From: Candidatus Poseidoniales archaeon
Lineage (GTDB): Archaea > Thermoplasmatota > Poseidoniia > Poseidoniales > Poseidoniaceae
Direction: 5' to 3'
NCBI GenBank assembly: GCA_003602415.1
Contig: QQSK01000013.1
Coordinates: forward strand, 10,152-74,151
Length of the DNA stretch: 64,000 bases
Below, piece after piece: positions 46,397-56,919 of this stretch. The position numbers and the translations under genes were made by a program. A model generated the notes under the pieces. The model ran no database searches and had not been told where the DNA came from. It saw nothing but the letters and a program-made list of their open reading frames with translations. Numbering within the stretch: the stretch's first letter is position 1; each line of letters begins with the position of its first letter.

Positions 46397-48652
46397 ATGG
46401 GAGAGTCTGCATCACAGGACCATGTCAAGCGCGTAGAACGTGAATTGGCTAAAGAAGAGAGTCTTCTATCGAAAATGATTGAGCAGGCTCCGGGCATGTT
46501 AGGCATGGCTGGAATGTTCATCGTCACCATATTGTTGGGCATTTGGTTACAACCTTGGTTCAATTCTGCAGGGTTACAAGCCTTTGGTGAATCCGGTTCA
46601 ACACAAGTTCGGTGGATTGCTCTTGAATTGGTAGCAATTTTTGCCTTCACTTTCCTAATCCTGTGGCTTGCAAAAAACCATCTTCAGCATTTGATTAAGT
46701 ATGGTTTGTTATTCGTTTTATTCCTAGCACTTTGCTATACAACTGTGCCAGGAGCACATATCTTGCTAGTTCCTGAAATCGAAACCGAAGCCTTCGTTTT
46801 CTCTGAAGAAAATGAAATCGAAGAAGAGTTGATTGCAGTAATTTCTGATGGTTCTACAATTACTCACAAGGCCATCTATGCTGAAAATGCATCCAACCAT
46901 AGCCTACAAGTTTCGAAGAGGGGGATTGATTCATCTCTCAATTGGACCATAGAATTGAATGCCTTCCCCGGCGTTCCAAATCAATTCGCAATCACTGAAG
47001 GCGAGTATGGATTTACTGTCAACAATAATGCTTGGATTTGGACACTTGACAAATCAACAGGCACAGTTCTCAGCAAATATGCGTGCTTTGAGTTAGAAAA
47101 CTGGAATGGAACATTCGTAAATGCTACTGAGGACCCATCGATTGGGGCTTGTGTCACGGCTCTCGAAGTTATCGAAGATCCTGATGCTGATGTAGGGCAG
47201 GCCAAAGGTGCACTGTACATCACTACCGCTGCAAACACAATAGTTAGGACAGCAACATTTGCCGACTCTTTTGTGGATAACGAATTCGTAGATGACGCTG
47301 GCATTCACCGCTTTGAAGCACAGTGGTCATTCCCTCAATTGCAATTAAACGACAAAATTATTGAAAACCGTCAATATGATGAAGACAGTTTGTTACTAGC
47401 AACTCCAGTTGGGGTTGCTATGATTGAATTAGAACAATCTGCAGCTATATTCCCAGGCCCTGGGCCTGCGCCAAGCGGTTGGGTCGATCAATGCAGTCTA
47501 GAATGGATTTACACTGCTGATTCTAATCCAATAACTGCATTTGAAGTTGTTACTAGCCCATGGGATGATGAACAAAACCTAGCAATGGTTGGCCAACTGC
47601 AAGGAGAGATTAGTGCATGGATTATCGATGATGATATCGATGAGTTCTTCGAAGAAGAAGAACGGTTTCGTGGAGATGATGCATTTACTGGCCCAATCAT
47701 CGATATTGTAGGTGCCGACTTAGACGGAGAATTTGGGGATGAACTTTGGATTGCAGACGGAGATGGAATTCACGGTTTGTTCTATTCCTCACTCATCGAA
47801 TATGTTACCATCGATGCTGAACTTGAAGTAAATGATTCGATTTCAGTAAATGGCTTTGATGTTCAGACAATCAGTTATGGTGAATATAACGACTCTCAAG
47901 GAAACCCATTGTTCTCAATGGAAGTTTCAAGCGGAGTATTCGACCCAGATACAATGTACAACTCATACGGAATTGAGTGGGATAATACTGCATTCTTCCT
48001 TGGAATCGGTTTAGCAGTGTTACTAATGGTGGCTTTGATCATTAGGCCAGAATGGTATGTGGTGAATACGGTCGGCGTTCTTGTTGGTGCAGGTGTAATC
48101 GTAATGCTAGGAGTAACATTTGTTCCTACTTTGATTGTAATCTTCATGGTACTAGCAGCGATTTATGACGCATGGGCGGTCTACCGTTCCAAGCACATGC
48201 TCGACCTTGCAGATACAATGATTGGACTAAATCTTCCAATCTTATTGGTTGCTCCTCAAGAGTCTGGATATTCGATGCTAGATAACAATGAGAGCATCAG
48301 GCCATCTGAAGATACCGTTATTGTAAGCGAGAAAACAGATGCTCCTGTCAAGAAAACCATGGTCAAGCGAAAGAAGCCAAAGGAAGCGATGTTCATGGGA
48401 TTGGGCGACGTTATATTCCCTGGTATGCTGGTAATTTCTTGTGTAAATTTCATTGCGACCGATGGCTTGGCTATTGGAATTTCAGCCTTGATTGGAGGTC
48501 TCGTAGGATATCTAGTATTGATGGGATATGTAGCATCGGGTAGACCACAAGCCGGACTACCTCTCTTGAACGGCGGTGCGATACTTGGTTACATCATCGG
48601 AGGCTTACTCTTCGTTGGTAGTGCGGCCTTTTCGTTTGGTATTTCTTTGTAG
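46397..48652 (+). CDS. Presenilin-like intramembrane aspartyl protease (PSH/GxGD family) with a large inserted acidic domain
   Basis: AIYDAWAVYRSKHM (YD), FMGLGD (GxGD), PQAGLPLLNGG (PAL-equivalent), PEWYVVN. About 400 extra hydrophilic residues lie between TM segments. Confidence 0.88.
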   Translation: MGESASQDHVKRVERELAKEESLLSKMIEQAPGMLGMAGMFIVTILLGIWLQPWFNSAGLQAFGESGSTQVRWIALELVAIFAFTFLILWLAKNHLQHLIKYGLLFVLFLALCYTTVPGAHILLVPEIETEAFVFSEENEIEEELIAVISDGSTITHKAIYAENASNHSLQVSKRGIDSSLNWTIELNAFPGVPNQFAITEGEYGFTVNNNAWIWTLDKSTGTVLSKYACFELENWNGTFVNATEDPSIGACVTALEVIEDPDADVGQAKGALYITTAANTIVRTATFADSFVDNEFVDDAGIHRFEAQWSFPQLQLNDKIIENRQYDEDSLLLATPVGVAMIELEQSAAIFPGPGPAPSGWVDQCSLEWIYTADSNPITAFEVVTSPWDDEQNLAMVGQLQGEISAWIIDDDIDEFFEEEERFRGDDAFTGPIIDIVGADLDGEFGDELWIADGDGIHGLFYSSLIEYVTIDAELEVNDSISVNGFDVQTISYGEYNDSQGNPLFSMEVSSGVFDPDTMYNSYGIEWDNTAFFLGIGLAVLLMVALIIRPEWYVVNTVGVLVGAGVIVMLGVTFVPTLIVIFMVLAAIYDAWAVYRSKHMLDLADTMIGLNLPILLVAPQESGYSMLDNNESIRPSEDTVIVSEKTDAPVKKTMVKRKKPKEAMFMGLGDVIFPGMLVISCVNFIATDGLAIGISALIGGLVGYLVLMGYVASGRPQAGLPLLNGGAILGYIIGGLLFVGSAAFSFGISL

Positions 48653-48662
48653 GTGAAATGAA

Positions 48663-49946
48663 ATGTTGAGCATTGATTTATTTCGCAATGAATCCGATAA
48701 GATTCGTGCTGACCATGATAAACGTGGTTTGCCGCACGATAGAATCGATCAGGTAATCGATTTAGATCAGCAATGGCGAAATGCTCTCAAGGACATGGAA
48801 GATGGTCGTAGAGAGAGAAATCAAGCGGCCAAAGGAATCGCTGAAGCAAAAAAGAGCGGTAACAAGGAAGAAGCGGATAGAATCATGGCACAAGTCAAAG
48901 ATTTGGGAGATAGGATTTCTGCTCTTGATGAGAAAGCAAACAGTTTGCTTGAACAGAGAGATAGCATTAGAATGCGAATCCCAAACCTTCTGCATCAAGC
49001 CGTCCCAGTTGGCGATGATGAATCAGGAAATACTCAGCATTCCTTACATGGTGAAAAGCCAGAATTCACTTTTGAGCCTAGAACTCATAATGAATTGATA
49101 GAGATGAACAAATGGGTCGATTTAGAAAGAGCTGCAAAGATAGCAGGCAGCCGTTTCTTCTTTTTGAAAGGTGATTTAGCACGTCTTGAATTAGCCCTTC
49201 AATCCTATGCGGTTGATTTCTTGATAAACCGCGGTTTCACCTTTGTGCAGCCACCGGTTATGATGAATAGAGCGGCTTACGAAGGAGTTACTGATTTATC
49301 AGATTTCGAGACTGTGATGTACGGTATTACTCCAGACCCTCTATACATGATTGCTACCAGCGAACACCCACTGACTTCAATGTACATGGACGAGGTATTG
49401 GAGCCAAGTTTACTTCCAATCAAGATGGTTGGAGTTAGCCCTTGTTTCCGCAGAGAAGTAGGCGCACACGGTCTTTCAGACAGAGGTATTTGGCGTGTTC
49501 ACCAGTTCACCAAGATCGAGCAAATTGTCATCACTCATCCAGATGATTCTTGGGATCATCATGAGGATTTATTACAGAACTGTGTCGACCTTTGGGATGC
49601 ATTAGGTTTGCATTATGAAGTTGTCAACATTTGTACAGGAGATATGGGTACAGTGGCTGCTAGAAAGTACGACCTAGAAGCTTGGCTACCTGGTGCTAAA
49701 GCATTCAAGGAGATTGTATCATGTTCAAATTGCACAGACTATCAAGCGAATCGATTGAGAATGCGTTATCGCACTAGCGAGGGCAATGAGGCAGTCCACA
49801 CACTAAATTCTACAGCAGTTGCTACAAGCCGTGCATTGGTTGCAATTATGGAACAGAACCAACAGGAAGATGGCAGAGTCAAGATTCCCGAATGTCTAGT
49901 TTCATTGATGGGAGGTAAAACCCATCTCGAACCAAGTAGGTGGTGA
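48663..49946 (+). CDS. serS: Seryl-tRNA synthetase
   Basis: N-terminal coiled arm, ATSEHP, FRREVG, RVHQFTK, EIVSCSNCTDYQ, HTLNST. Confidence 0.97.
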   Translation: MLSIDLFRNESDKIRADHDKRGLPHDRIDQVIDLDQQWRNALKDMEDGRRERNQAAKGIAEAKKSGNKEEADRIMAQVKDLGDRISALDEKANSLLEQRDSIRMRIPNLLHQAVPVGDDESGNTQHSLHGEKPEFTFEPRTHNELIEMNKWVDLERAAKIAGSRFFFLKGDLARLELALQSYAVDFLINRGFTFVQPPVMMNRAAYEGVTDLSDFETVMYGITPDPLYMIATSEHPLTSMYMDEVLEPSLLPIKMVGVSPCFRREVGAHGLSDRGIWRVHQFTKIEQIVITHPDDSWDHHEDLLQNCVDLWDALGLHYEVVNICTGDMGTVAARKYDLEAWLPGAKAFKEIVSCSNCTDYQANRLRMRYRTSEGNEAVHTLNSTAVATSRALVAIMEQNQQEDGRVKIPECLVSLMGGKTHLEPSRW

Positions 49947-49950
49947 TGAA

Positions 49951-51300
49951 ATGCGTAGTGCGGTCTTCATAATTTTGACATTCTTCCTCGCATCATTCAG
50001 TGGATGTTTTGGTGAAGACTTAGAAGAAGAATCAGTAATTCCTAAAATCACAGTTGATGATGTTTCTAGTGCAATACGAGGGCAATACATGTCTATTGCA
50101 GTAGACTCAACTGTAGATTGGACCGTAAACCGTTCACCAGGTCTATTCCTTATGGATGAGTTTGGTGTATTGAGAGATGCAGACGTGATGACATTCCCGG
50201 CATCTCAAGAAACACTTAATTTCCTTGTCATGGATTCTGAAAGAGATGACATTCAGCTGGAATTTACAGCGGGTGAGGAAATATGGAATGTAACTCTGAT
50301 GTTGGAAGATAGTTCAGAAATGATGTTAGTAGATGGTCGCAGGGCATACGAAACCGCAGATATGTTGACCTCACAATACAACAATCGTTGGTGTGCATCA
50401 GCATCCATACACGAAGGTGGTGCAGCATATGAGAATGCAGCCGAAGCTATGGAAGATAAGATGTGGGATATGGGTTTTGATCACGTAGAAATAACTCGAT
50501 ACCCAGATGATCCAGACCAATTGAATATTGTAGGCTACAATTGGGGAAGAGTAAACCCTGATGAATACATTGTAATTGGCGGGCATTTCGATATTGCATA
50601 CATGTTCACTCCACCAGGAGGAGGGACTAATGAAGGTGCAAATGATGACACTTCTGGTTCTACAGTATCCTTGGAGATGGCTCAAGCATTAGCACAAATG
50701 GAGTTTGACCACACAGTTGTTGCTGGACTGTGGGCATGTGAGGAAGAAGGCCTGTTGGGAACCAGAGCATACGTAGCCAATCTACCAGAGAATGTCTCGG
50801 TCCGAGCATACATGAACTTCGATATGGTAGCGTTAAATTATCCAATCACTCCACTCACCGAACCAGTAATAGGTCCAGCAGGAGAAATTTTCGAGCCAAC
50901 AAAGTATGATTGGTCTATCAGTGTCGCTGGAGCAAGCCAGGAAAATATGGAAAGAATGCATGATTGGGTTGGTACGACTATCGAAGAAGATTTGGCATAC
51001 GAGCCAACAGAAGGAAATCCGATTTACTGGCAGATAGCAGAGTCTTGTGCTTCTGACCATTGCTCTTTCTTCCAAGCAGGTTATCCAACTTTCAATTTCT
51101 TTAGCCCAGGAGGAGACATTTCATTCTGGCAAGAATGGCATTCACCTTCAGATACCTTCGAATTCATGACGGCCAAAGCAGGTGGCCCAGATGGAATGGC
51201 CAGTGGGTTCAACAGTCTTGTGTGGGCAGCCCTTGACCTATTCGTCAGAGTCGACAACGCAGAAAACTTCCACGGCAATTGGAAAGAATCCACTGAATAG
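49951..51300 (+). CDS. M28-family metallopeptidase lipoprotein
   Basis: Lipobox ASFSGC; GGHFD, GANDDTSG, EEEGLLG, NFDM, SDH, WHSPSDT. Confidence 0.9.
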   Translation: MRSAVFIILTFFLASFSGCFGEDLEEESVIPKITVDDVSSAIRGQYMSIAVDSTVDWTVNRSPGLFLMDEFGVLRDADVMTFPASQETLNFLVMDSERDDIQLEFTAGEEIWNVTLMLEDSSEMMLVDGRRAYETADMLTSQYNNRWCASASIHEGGAAYENAAEAMEDKMWDMGFDHVEITRYPDDPDQLNIVGYNWGRVNPDEYIVIGGHFDIAYMFTPPGGGTNEGANDDTSGSTVSLEMAQALAQMEFDHTVVAGLWACEEEGLLGTRAYVANLPENVSVRAYMNFDMVALNYPITPLTEPVIGPAGEIFEPTKYDWSISVAGASQENMERMHDWVGTTIEEDLAYEPTEGNPIYWQIAESCASDHCSFFQAGYPTFNFFSPGGDISFWQEWHSPSDTFEFMTAKAGGPDGMASGFNSLVWAALDLFVRVDNAENFHGNWKESTE

Positions 51301-51344
51301 TTGTTGCAAATAATCTAACGCTAGGTCCCAACTTAGGCGCTATG

Positions 51345-51375
51345 AACTGAATCGGATTTCAGTTAAAGAAAGATA
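51345..51375. terminator. Possible terminator between convergent genes
   Basis: AACTGAA-TCGGAT-TTCAGTT hairpin next to a minus-strand U-rich tract. Confidence 0.35.
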
Positions 51376-51378
51376 AAT

Positions 51379-52815
51379 TCACAATGTTTGTTGTCCACCA
51401 ATTGGCATTGGAGTCAGCATTGAGATACTTTCTCCACGTAGGCTTGGTCCTGTACTGAAAGTTCCAAAGATTCCAATGTCTGCTATGTTATGAGATAGGG
51501 AGAACCAAGTTCTACCGTATGCATCAACTCGAATATCCAAGAAGTCTCCTAATCCTCCGCATCGATTGTATCCACAATCCACTTCGATATCGAGTGGGTC
51601 ATCATCTCCATTTAGTTGAACAGTTGTCAGTAATGGCGTTTCATTGAAAGCATCAGTAGCATAGGTCAGGTAAGCATTCCAAGTCTCGTCTTCACCTTCG
51701 GTCTCACCAACGTAACCGAATGCAACAGTTCCAGCATCTCCTGCTACAACTACTGGGAATCCAGTGCCTGAGAGGTTGATAGGCGGGGCGATCATTGTTG
51801 CATTGGACCAAGTGTCTCCTTGGTCCACCGAATAGGACCAGTATGGCATGTTGTCTAATCCCATCCACATAGCGTGAACATTACCTTCACTATCCACTTC
51901 CACTTGGGCTTCTTCAGCATTCCATGTGTCTGCAATTCCAGTTTCAGTAGTAGGTAAAACATGTTCAGTCCAACTAATTCCTGCGTTTGTTGTTCGGAAT
52001 ACAGAGTATCCATCGCCAGTGCATCCCTTGTTGCCACGGTAGAAATTTCCGTCTATACTTCCAACTAAGTGTGCTGAAAGGCCACCAGAGTTGCAAGATA
52101 TAGGAGCGCCTGATGTTTCAGGACCCCATGTTGCTCCTCCATCTTGGCTAGATGAACAGAGTGGATGTGGCGCATTTCCGTTGATACAGAACATCCAGGT
52201 TGTTGGATGGAATAGGGCAGGCATGTTGCTACTAGCAATCGTTTGATGGTCTTGGACGGAGTAAATTTGTGTGGCCACACTAGGACCATTCCAACTTGCT
52301 CCTTCATCATCCGACCATTCTACAGTCATTCCAAGCAAGGCATGCATATCGAATTTCATGATTCTGCTTGTCCATAGATCGACATAGATGTAGGGGTCGT
52401 TAGAGTTAGCAATCGGTGGATAATCAGGGTCGTAGATATTTTCGCAACTGTAATCCAATACGTCATGCATTCCAATTAGGTCACAAGAAATGATTGCTGT
52501 GGAGCCTGCAGGTCCATTGCCGTAGGAACTCATCATCATCATGTCACTTTGTGTTATTCCCATCGTTGGCTCAAAAGTTGATATTCCAATACCGTAGTAT
52601 GTGCCCATTGCTTCAAACGGCATATTACGCCCATCGAAACCGAATTCCTCATTGCCCCATGCATCTACTGCATCAGGGAAGTGATACCATGTTAATTCGG
52701 GTCTTTCAAAATCCCAAACAGGGGATGCTTCTACAACAACTTCACTTTCTTCCTCTCCAAAGCATCCAGCAAATGAAGCGCTGAGCATTAGCAATGTGAG
52801 GAATATAGGGCGCAA
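51379..52815 (-). CDS. Sialidase-like BNR/Asp-box beta-propeller lipoprotein
   Basis: Lipobox ASFAGC; Asp-boxes SDDEGASW, SQDGGATW, TTNAGISW, SVDQGDTW; LGDF. Confidence 0.8.
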   Translation of the reverse strand: MRPIFLTLLMLSASFAGCFGEEESEVVVEASPVWDFERPELTWYHFPDAVDAWGNEEFGFDGRNMPFEAMGTYYGIGISTFEPTMGITQSDMMMMSSYGNGPAGSTAIISCDLIGMHDVLDYSCENIYDPDYPPIANSNDPYIYVDLWTSRIMKFDMHALLGMTVEWSDDEGASWNGPSVATQIYSVQDHQTIASSNMPALFHPTTWMFCINGNAPHPLCSSSQDGGATWGPETSGAPISCNSGGLSAHLVGSIDGNFYRGNKGCTGDGYSVFRTTNAGISWTEHVLPTTETGIADTWNAEEAQVEVDSEGNVHAMWMGLDNMPYWSYSVDQGDTWSNATMIAPPINLSGTGFPVVVAGDAGTVAFGYVGETEGEDETWNAYLTYATDAFNETPLLTTVQLNGDDDPLDIEVDCGYNRCGGLGDFLDIRVDAYGRTWFSLSHNIADIGIFGTFSTGPSLRGESISMLTPMPIGGQQTL

Positions 52816-53823
52816 TCAATCACCTCTGAACAAATCAGCACCCAATAATGGAAGAAGAACGGAGGCATCACCTTCAACACAAACATTTGGTGCTTCAGGA
52901 CGCATTTTGCCCCAACTGATAGCTTCTCTTAGACGAGCACCTGACAGACTACCGTCGTGTTCTGGGGCCGTTGTAATGTAAATTGCAGAATCTAAGCCTC
53001 CACGGTATTGATTCCACCAAATGACGTGGTGTTTGGAAATACCTCCTCCCACCATTAGTGCATTTGACTTTTCAACATCCCATGTAAGGTCGCTCATTAC
53101 CTGCTCATCGGCAAGTGTGTCGATATGGAAATCACGATATTTCTGTCTAAACATGAACAACTGCGCTCCAATACTGCCGTCTGTGATTCCAGGGATACAG
53201 ACTGGGATTTTGTTCTTGTAGGCCCAGTAAATTAGCGAATCTGGAGTTCCTATTCTCTTACCCAGCTCCCAAACTAGGTGAATTGAGCCGAAACCGATCC
53301 AGGCATCTGCACCTTCTTTTCCAGTCTCTTTTATTCTGTCATTTCGAATATCTTCGAGCACCGGCATTACGACGGCCTCGATAATTTCCCCATAACTAGA
53401 GTTGGGAACAATTACGTTTCCTAAACGCATTAGTTGATGCTCTCCAAGTTCGATATCATCCAATTCAAATGCGCCATGGTAATAGTGCTTGTAAGCTCTA
53501 GCGATATCATGGTCAAGCATTCCACATGTTGTTGAAACAACATTGAACATTTTCCTCTTTATCGATTCAACGAAAAAACCTCTGGTACCAGTTGCACACA
53601 GGCATGCAGGGAAAGATAACCAGTTTGTTACCTTGCTAGCATCAGCATCGACTTCATCGATTTCAGATTTCATGTCTTTGAGAATATCTCTAGCATAAGC
53701 TAGTTTGGTTGCAGTGAAACCGCCTGCGGTTGCCATTTGATCGATTAGCGATTTTGGATCGCTCAACTCTTGGAAGTTGTAGTCCTTGACCGGCTCGTCG
53801 AAAGACTCTGGGTCGATTGTCAT
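52816..53823 (-). CDS. dys: Deoxyhypusine synthase
   Basis: GGFTA, ATGTRG, ITDGSIG, GGGISKHH, DGSLSGARLREAISWGK, EGDAS. Start placed at MTIDPE. Confidence 0.95.
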   Translation of the reverse strand: MTIDPESFDEPVKDYNFQELSDPKSLIDQMATAGGFTATKLAYARDILKDMKSEIDEVDADASKVTNWLSFPACLCATGTRGFFVESIKRKMFNVVSTTCGMLDHDIARAYKHYYHGAFELDDIELGEHQLMRLGNVIVPNSSYGEIIEAVVMPVLEDIRNDRIKETGKEGADAWIGFGSIHLVWELGKRIGTPDSLIYWAYKNKIPVCIPGITDGSIGAQLFMFRQKYRDFHIDTLADEQVMSDLTWDVEKSNALMVGGGISKHHVIWWNQYRGGLDSAIYITTAPEHDGSLSGARLREAISWGKMRPEAPNVCVEGDASVLLPLLGADLFRGD

Positions 53824-53866
53824 GTGTCTAGCCGTGAGGCTTTCGCATATGAAACCCATGACTATG

Positions 53867-56152
53867 TCATGAGGATTCCATCTCGAGGATTTTATCTCTC
53901 AAAATTGCGGCCCTTTCGAAGTCTAATTCTAGTGCTGCTTGTTGCATCATGGCCTTTAATTCTTCAATTGAATAATTAATTTCTTCAATTGGTTGAGAAA
54001 TGTTGCTTGTAACCGATTCTGATGCGGTCCATTTACCTGCGCCTACCTTCAAATTACTAGCCCAATCTCCATCCTTCCGGCCGCCTTTAGATGCCACCAA
54101 TCTTTTGCCACCAGATGTTCCTGCAATGAGTTCATCAACATCGCTACCCATCTTGGGTAGAGCCTTCTGAATGGTAACTGGTGTGATGTCGTGTTTTTGA
54201 TTGTGAGCCATTTGTCTCTGTCGCCTTTCGAGAGTTTGTCTTATCGAAGCGGTCATTGGTGGACTCATTGAATCAGCATACAAAATTACAGTTCCATTAG
54301 AATTTCTAGCCGCTCTTCCAATCGTCTGAAGCAGACTTCTTTCATTTCTAAGGAAACCTTGTCGATCAGCATCGAAAATTGCAACTAAACTAACTTCAGG
54401 TATATCCAATCCTTCTCGTAACAGATTGATTCCTACAATGGCATCTATGTGGCCAATTCTTAGAGCATTGATAATTTCGGTTCTCTCAATGGTATCGATT
54501 TCAGAATGTAGGTAGTGGGCTTTGATTCCCATTTTGTTTAGATATTGAGAGACTTCTTCTGCAAATTTAATGGTTAATACAGTGACTAAGGCTCTTTCAC
54601 CTTTAGCAATTCTAGCATTTATTTCAGAGAGAAGGTCTGCTACTTGTCCTTCAGTGCCTCGAACTTCAATTGTAGGGTCCAAAAGTCCAGTAGGTCTAAT
54701 CTCCATTCTTGGAATGTCTTCAATCATCTGAAGCATATCGTACATGCTTTCAGCATCTGGATGTTTTTTGCTATATTCTGGCTCTTCAACACCGCCGCCT
54801 CCGGCAGCATGTCGAAGTCCTAATGGTGCATCTTGTCCTGTCGTTTCACACAAGTGGAGTAATTCTCTTTCACCTGGAGTTGCGCTAACATAAACCATCT
54901 GTGGGACTAAACTCTGAAACTCTCTAATTTTTAATGGCCGATTATCAGCGGCAGAAGGTAATCTAAATCCATGTTCAATGAGATTCAATTTTCTACTGCG
55001 GTCCCCTCCATACATCCCTCCAACTTGAGGTAAAGTGACGTGAGACTCGTCCATTATCACAAGGAACTTTTCAGGGTCACCGTGGAATTGTTTAGCTGCA
55101 GCAGCAAAGAAGTCTAGTAAGCAGTACGGTCTTTCACCAGGTTGTCTGCCGTCGAAGTGCATAGAATAATTTTCTACAGCAGTGCAATGCCCTATTTCTC
55201 GTAGCATTTCGAGGTCATATTGAGTACGTTGTTCTAAGCGATGCGCCTCGAGTTCCTTCCCTTCACTTTTCAGTTCAGCAACTCTGCCATCAAGTTCATC
55301 CTCTATGCTTTCAAGTGCATTCTCAAATCTCTCTGGACTGACCATGAAGAATTCTTTGGGATGGATCCATGCTTCATCTAATTCGTCCAATACTTCCCAT
55401 GTCACAGGGTCACAAATTTGGATATGCTCGACTCCATCAAAACCAAACCTTACTCTCAAAGGGTCGTCACGACTCGGCATCCATACGTCTAGATTTTCTC
55501 CTCGTAATCTCACCTGTCCTCTCTCTAAATCAGTTGAGGTTCGCCCATATTGGAGCCCTACCAACTCTCGAATTAGGTCGATGGGTTCTATCGATTGTCC
55601 TACGTGTATTCTACAATGGTAAGAAAGGAAGGTTTCTGGCGCGTTAAGTCCGTAGATACAAGATACAGAAGAAACAACAATACAATCGGGTCTGCTAACC
55701 AAGCTAGCCACAGTTGCAAATCTTTCTTGTTCAATTCTTTCATTGATTGACAACTCTTTGTCAATATACAAATCTCGTTTAGGGAGGTATGCCTCTGGTT
55801 GATAATAGTCGTAGTGGGAGACAAAATATTCAACGCCATTCTCAGGAAACAATCCTGCCATTTCTTGATACAATTGTCTAGCCAATGTTTTGTTGTGACT
55901 CATGATCAAAGTTGGAATATTTAGTCTCTCAATTAGGTGCGCCATTGCGAATGTTTTACCCGACCCAGTGACGCCTAAAAGCACACATCTTTCTTGTGAA
56001 TTTTCCAATTGAGAAATCAATTTTCCAATTGCTTTTTCTTGGTCACCTGCAGGCTGATGTTCTGAGTGAATTTTGAACTTTGAAACACTAGGAGATAGCT
56101 GGTCCTTGACCGCCCCTTCTAGGGCCTTCGAGATGTCGAAGGGATCGCTCAT
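53867..56152 (-). CDS. uvrB: Excinuclease ABC subunit B
   Basis: GVTGSGKT, HNKTLA, YDYYQPEAY beta-hairpin, DESH, SATPG, RPTGLLDP, QTIGRAARN, C-terminal UVR motif FERAAILRD. Confidence 0.97.
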   Translation of the reverse strand: MSDPFDISKALEGAVKDQLSPSVSKFKIHSEHQPAGDQEKAIGKLISQLENSQERCVLLGVTGSGKTFAMAHLIERLNIPTLIMSHNKTLARQLYQEMAGLFPENGVEYFVSHYDYYQPEAYLPKRDLYIDKELSINERIEQERFATVASLVSRPDCIVVSSVSCIYGLNAPETFLSYHCRIHVGQSIEPIDLIRELVGLQYGRTSTDLERGQVRLRGENLDVWMPSRDDPLRVRFGFDGVEHIQICDPVTWEVLDELDEAWIHPKEFFMVSPERFENALESIEDELDGRVAELKSEGKELEAHRLEQRTQYDLEMLREIGHCTAVENYSMHFDGRQPGERPYCLLDFFAAAAKQFHGDPEKFLVIMDESHVTLPQVGGMYGGDRSRKLNLIEHGFRLPSAADNRPLKIREFQSLVPQMVYVSATPGERELLHLCETTGQDAPLGLRHAAGGGGVEEPEYSKKHPDAESMYDMLQMIEDIPRMEIRPTGLLDPTIEVRGTEGQVADLLSEINARIAKGERALVTVLTIKFAEEVSQYLNKMGIKAHYLHSEIDTIERTEIINALRIGHIDAIVGINLLREGLDIPEVSLVAIFDADRQGFLRNERSLLQTIGRAARNSNGTVILYADSMSPPMTASIRQTLERRQRQMAHNQKHDITPVTIQKALPKMGSDVDELIAGTSGGKRLVASKGGRKDGDWASNLKVGAGKWTASESVTSNISQPIEEINYSIEELKAMMQQAALELDFERAAILRDKILEMESS

Positions 56153-56163
56153 ATTCTCAAATC

Positions 56164-56889
56164 CTAAGGTAAGTATAATCCACCGTTGACATGGATAACC
56201 GAGCCGGTGATGTAGTTCGATTTTTCACTAACTAAGAACGAAACAGTTCCTGCAATATCTTCGGGCGTTCCAATTCTTTTCAAAGGAACTTCCTGTATTC
56301 TACTCGCTCTCTTTTCAGGACTATCTCCTGCCAAAATATCAGTGTCCACAAATCCTGGTGCTACAATATTTACTCGCTTTCCTTCAGGTCCAAGTGCCTG
56401 TGCTAATGAGCGAGCCCAAAGTGCTAGAGCAGCTTTTGATGCTGAGTAATCTGCACCATGCGCCGAGCCTCTGGTTCCTAACTGGCTGCCAATTACGCAA
56501 ATCCTTGCATTATCTCTAAGGCTGGATTTTACTGACTCCCACACAAGAAAGGCTCCTTCGAAATTAGTTGCCATGGTTCTACGCAGATGTTCAAAATCGA
56601 GTGATTTAGCATCTATTCTATCATAGCGTCCATGATTCAAGACCAAAACATCCACTCCTTCACTAACCCATGGGTGAGTGGCTAACAATGCGACTTCTCT
56701 AGCATCCGTCACATCGCAGTTAGCAGCTACAGCATCAACTCCTGAATCTCTTATCTCATCAACTACCATTTCTGCAGGTTTGGATGAATTGCAATATGTG
56801 AGTAGGATTCTGTATCCATCTTTTGCTAAGCGCTTGGAAATCGCAGCTCCAATGCCGCGGCCCCCTCCGGTCACAATTGCGGTGCGCAT
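56164..56889 (-). CDS. Short-chain dehydrogenase/reductase (FabG-like)
   Basis: TGGGRGIG, YSASK, VAPGFVDTD, ITGSVIHVNGG. Confidence 0.92.
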   Translation of the reverse strand: MRTAIVTGGGRGIGAAISKRLAKDGYRILLTYCNSSKPAEMVVDEIRDSGVDAVAANCDVTDAREVALLATHPWVSEGVDVLVLNHGRYDRIDAKSLDFEHLRRTMATNFEGAFLVWESVKSSLRDNARICVIGSQLGTRGSAHGADYSASKAALALWARSLAQALGPEGKRVNIVAPGFVDTDILAGDSPEKRASRIQEVPLKRIGTPEDIAGTVSFLVSEKSNYITGSVIHVNGGLYLP

Positions 56890-56919
56890 GTACTCCGTAC
56901 GAAGGCATCTCTCAATAAC

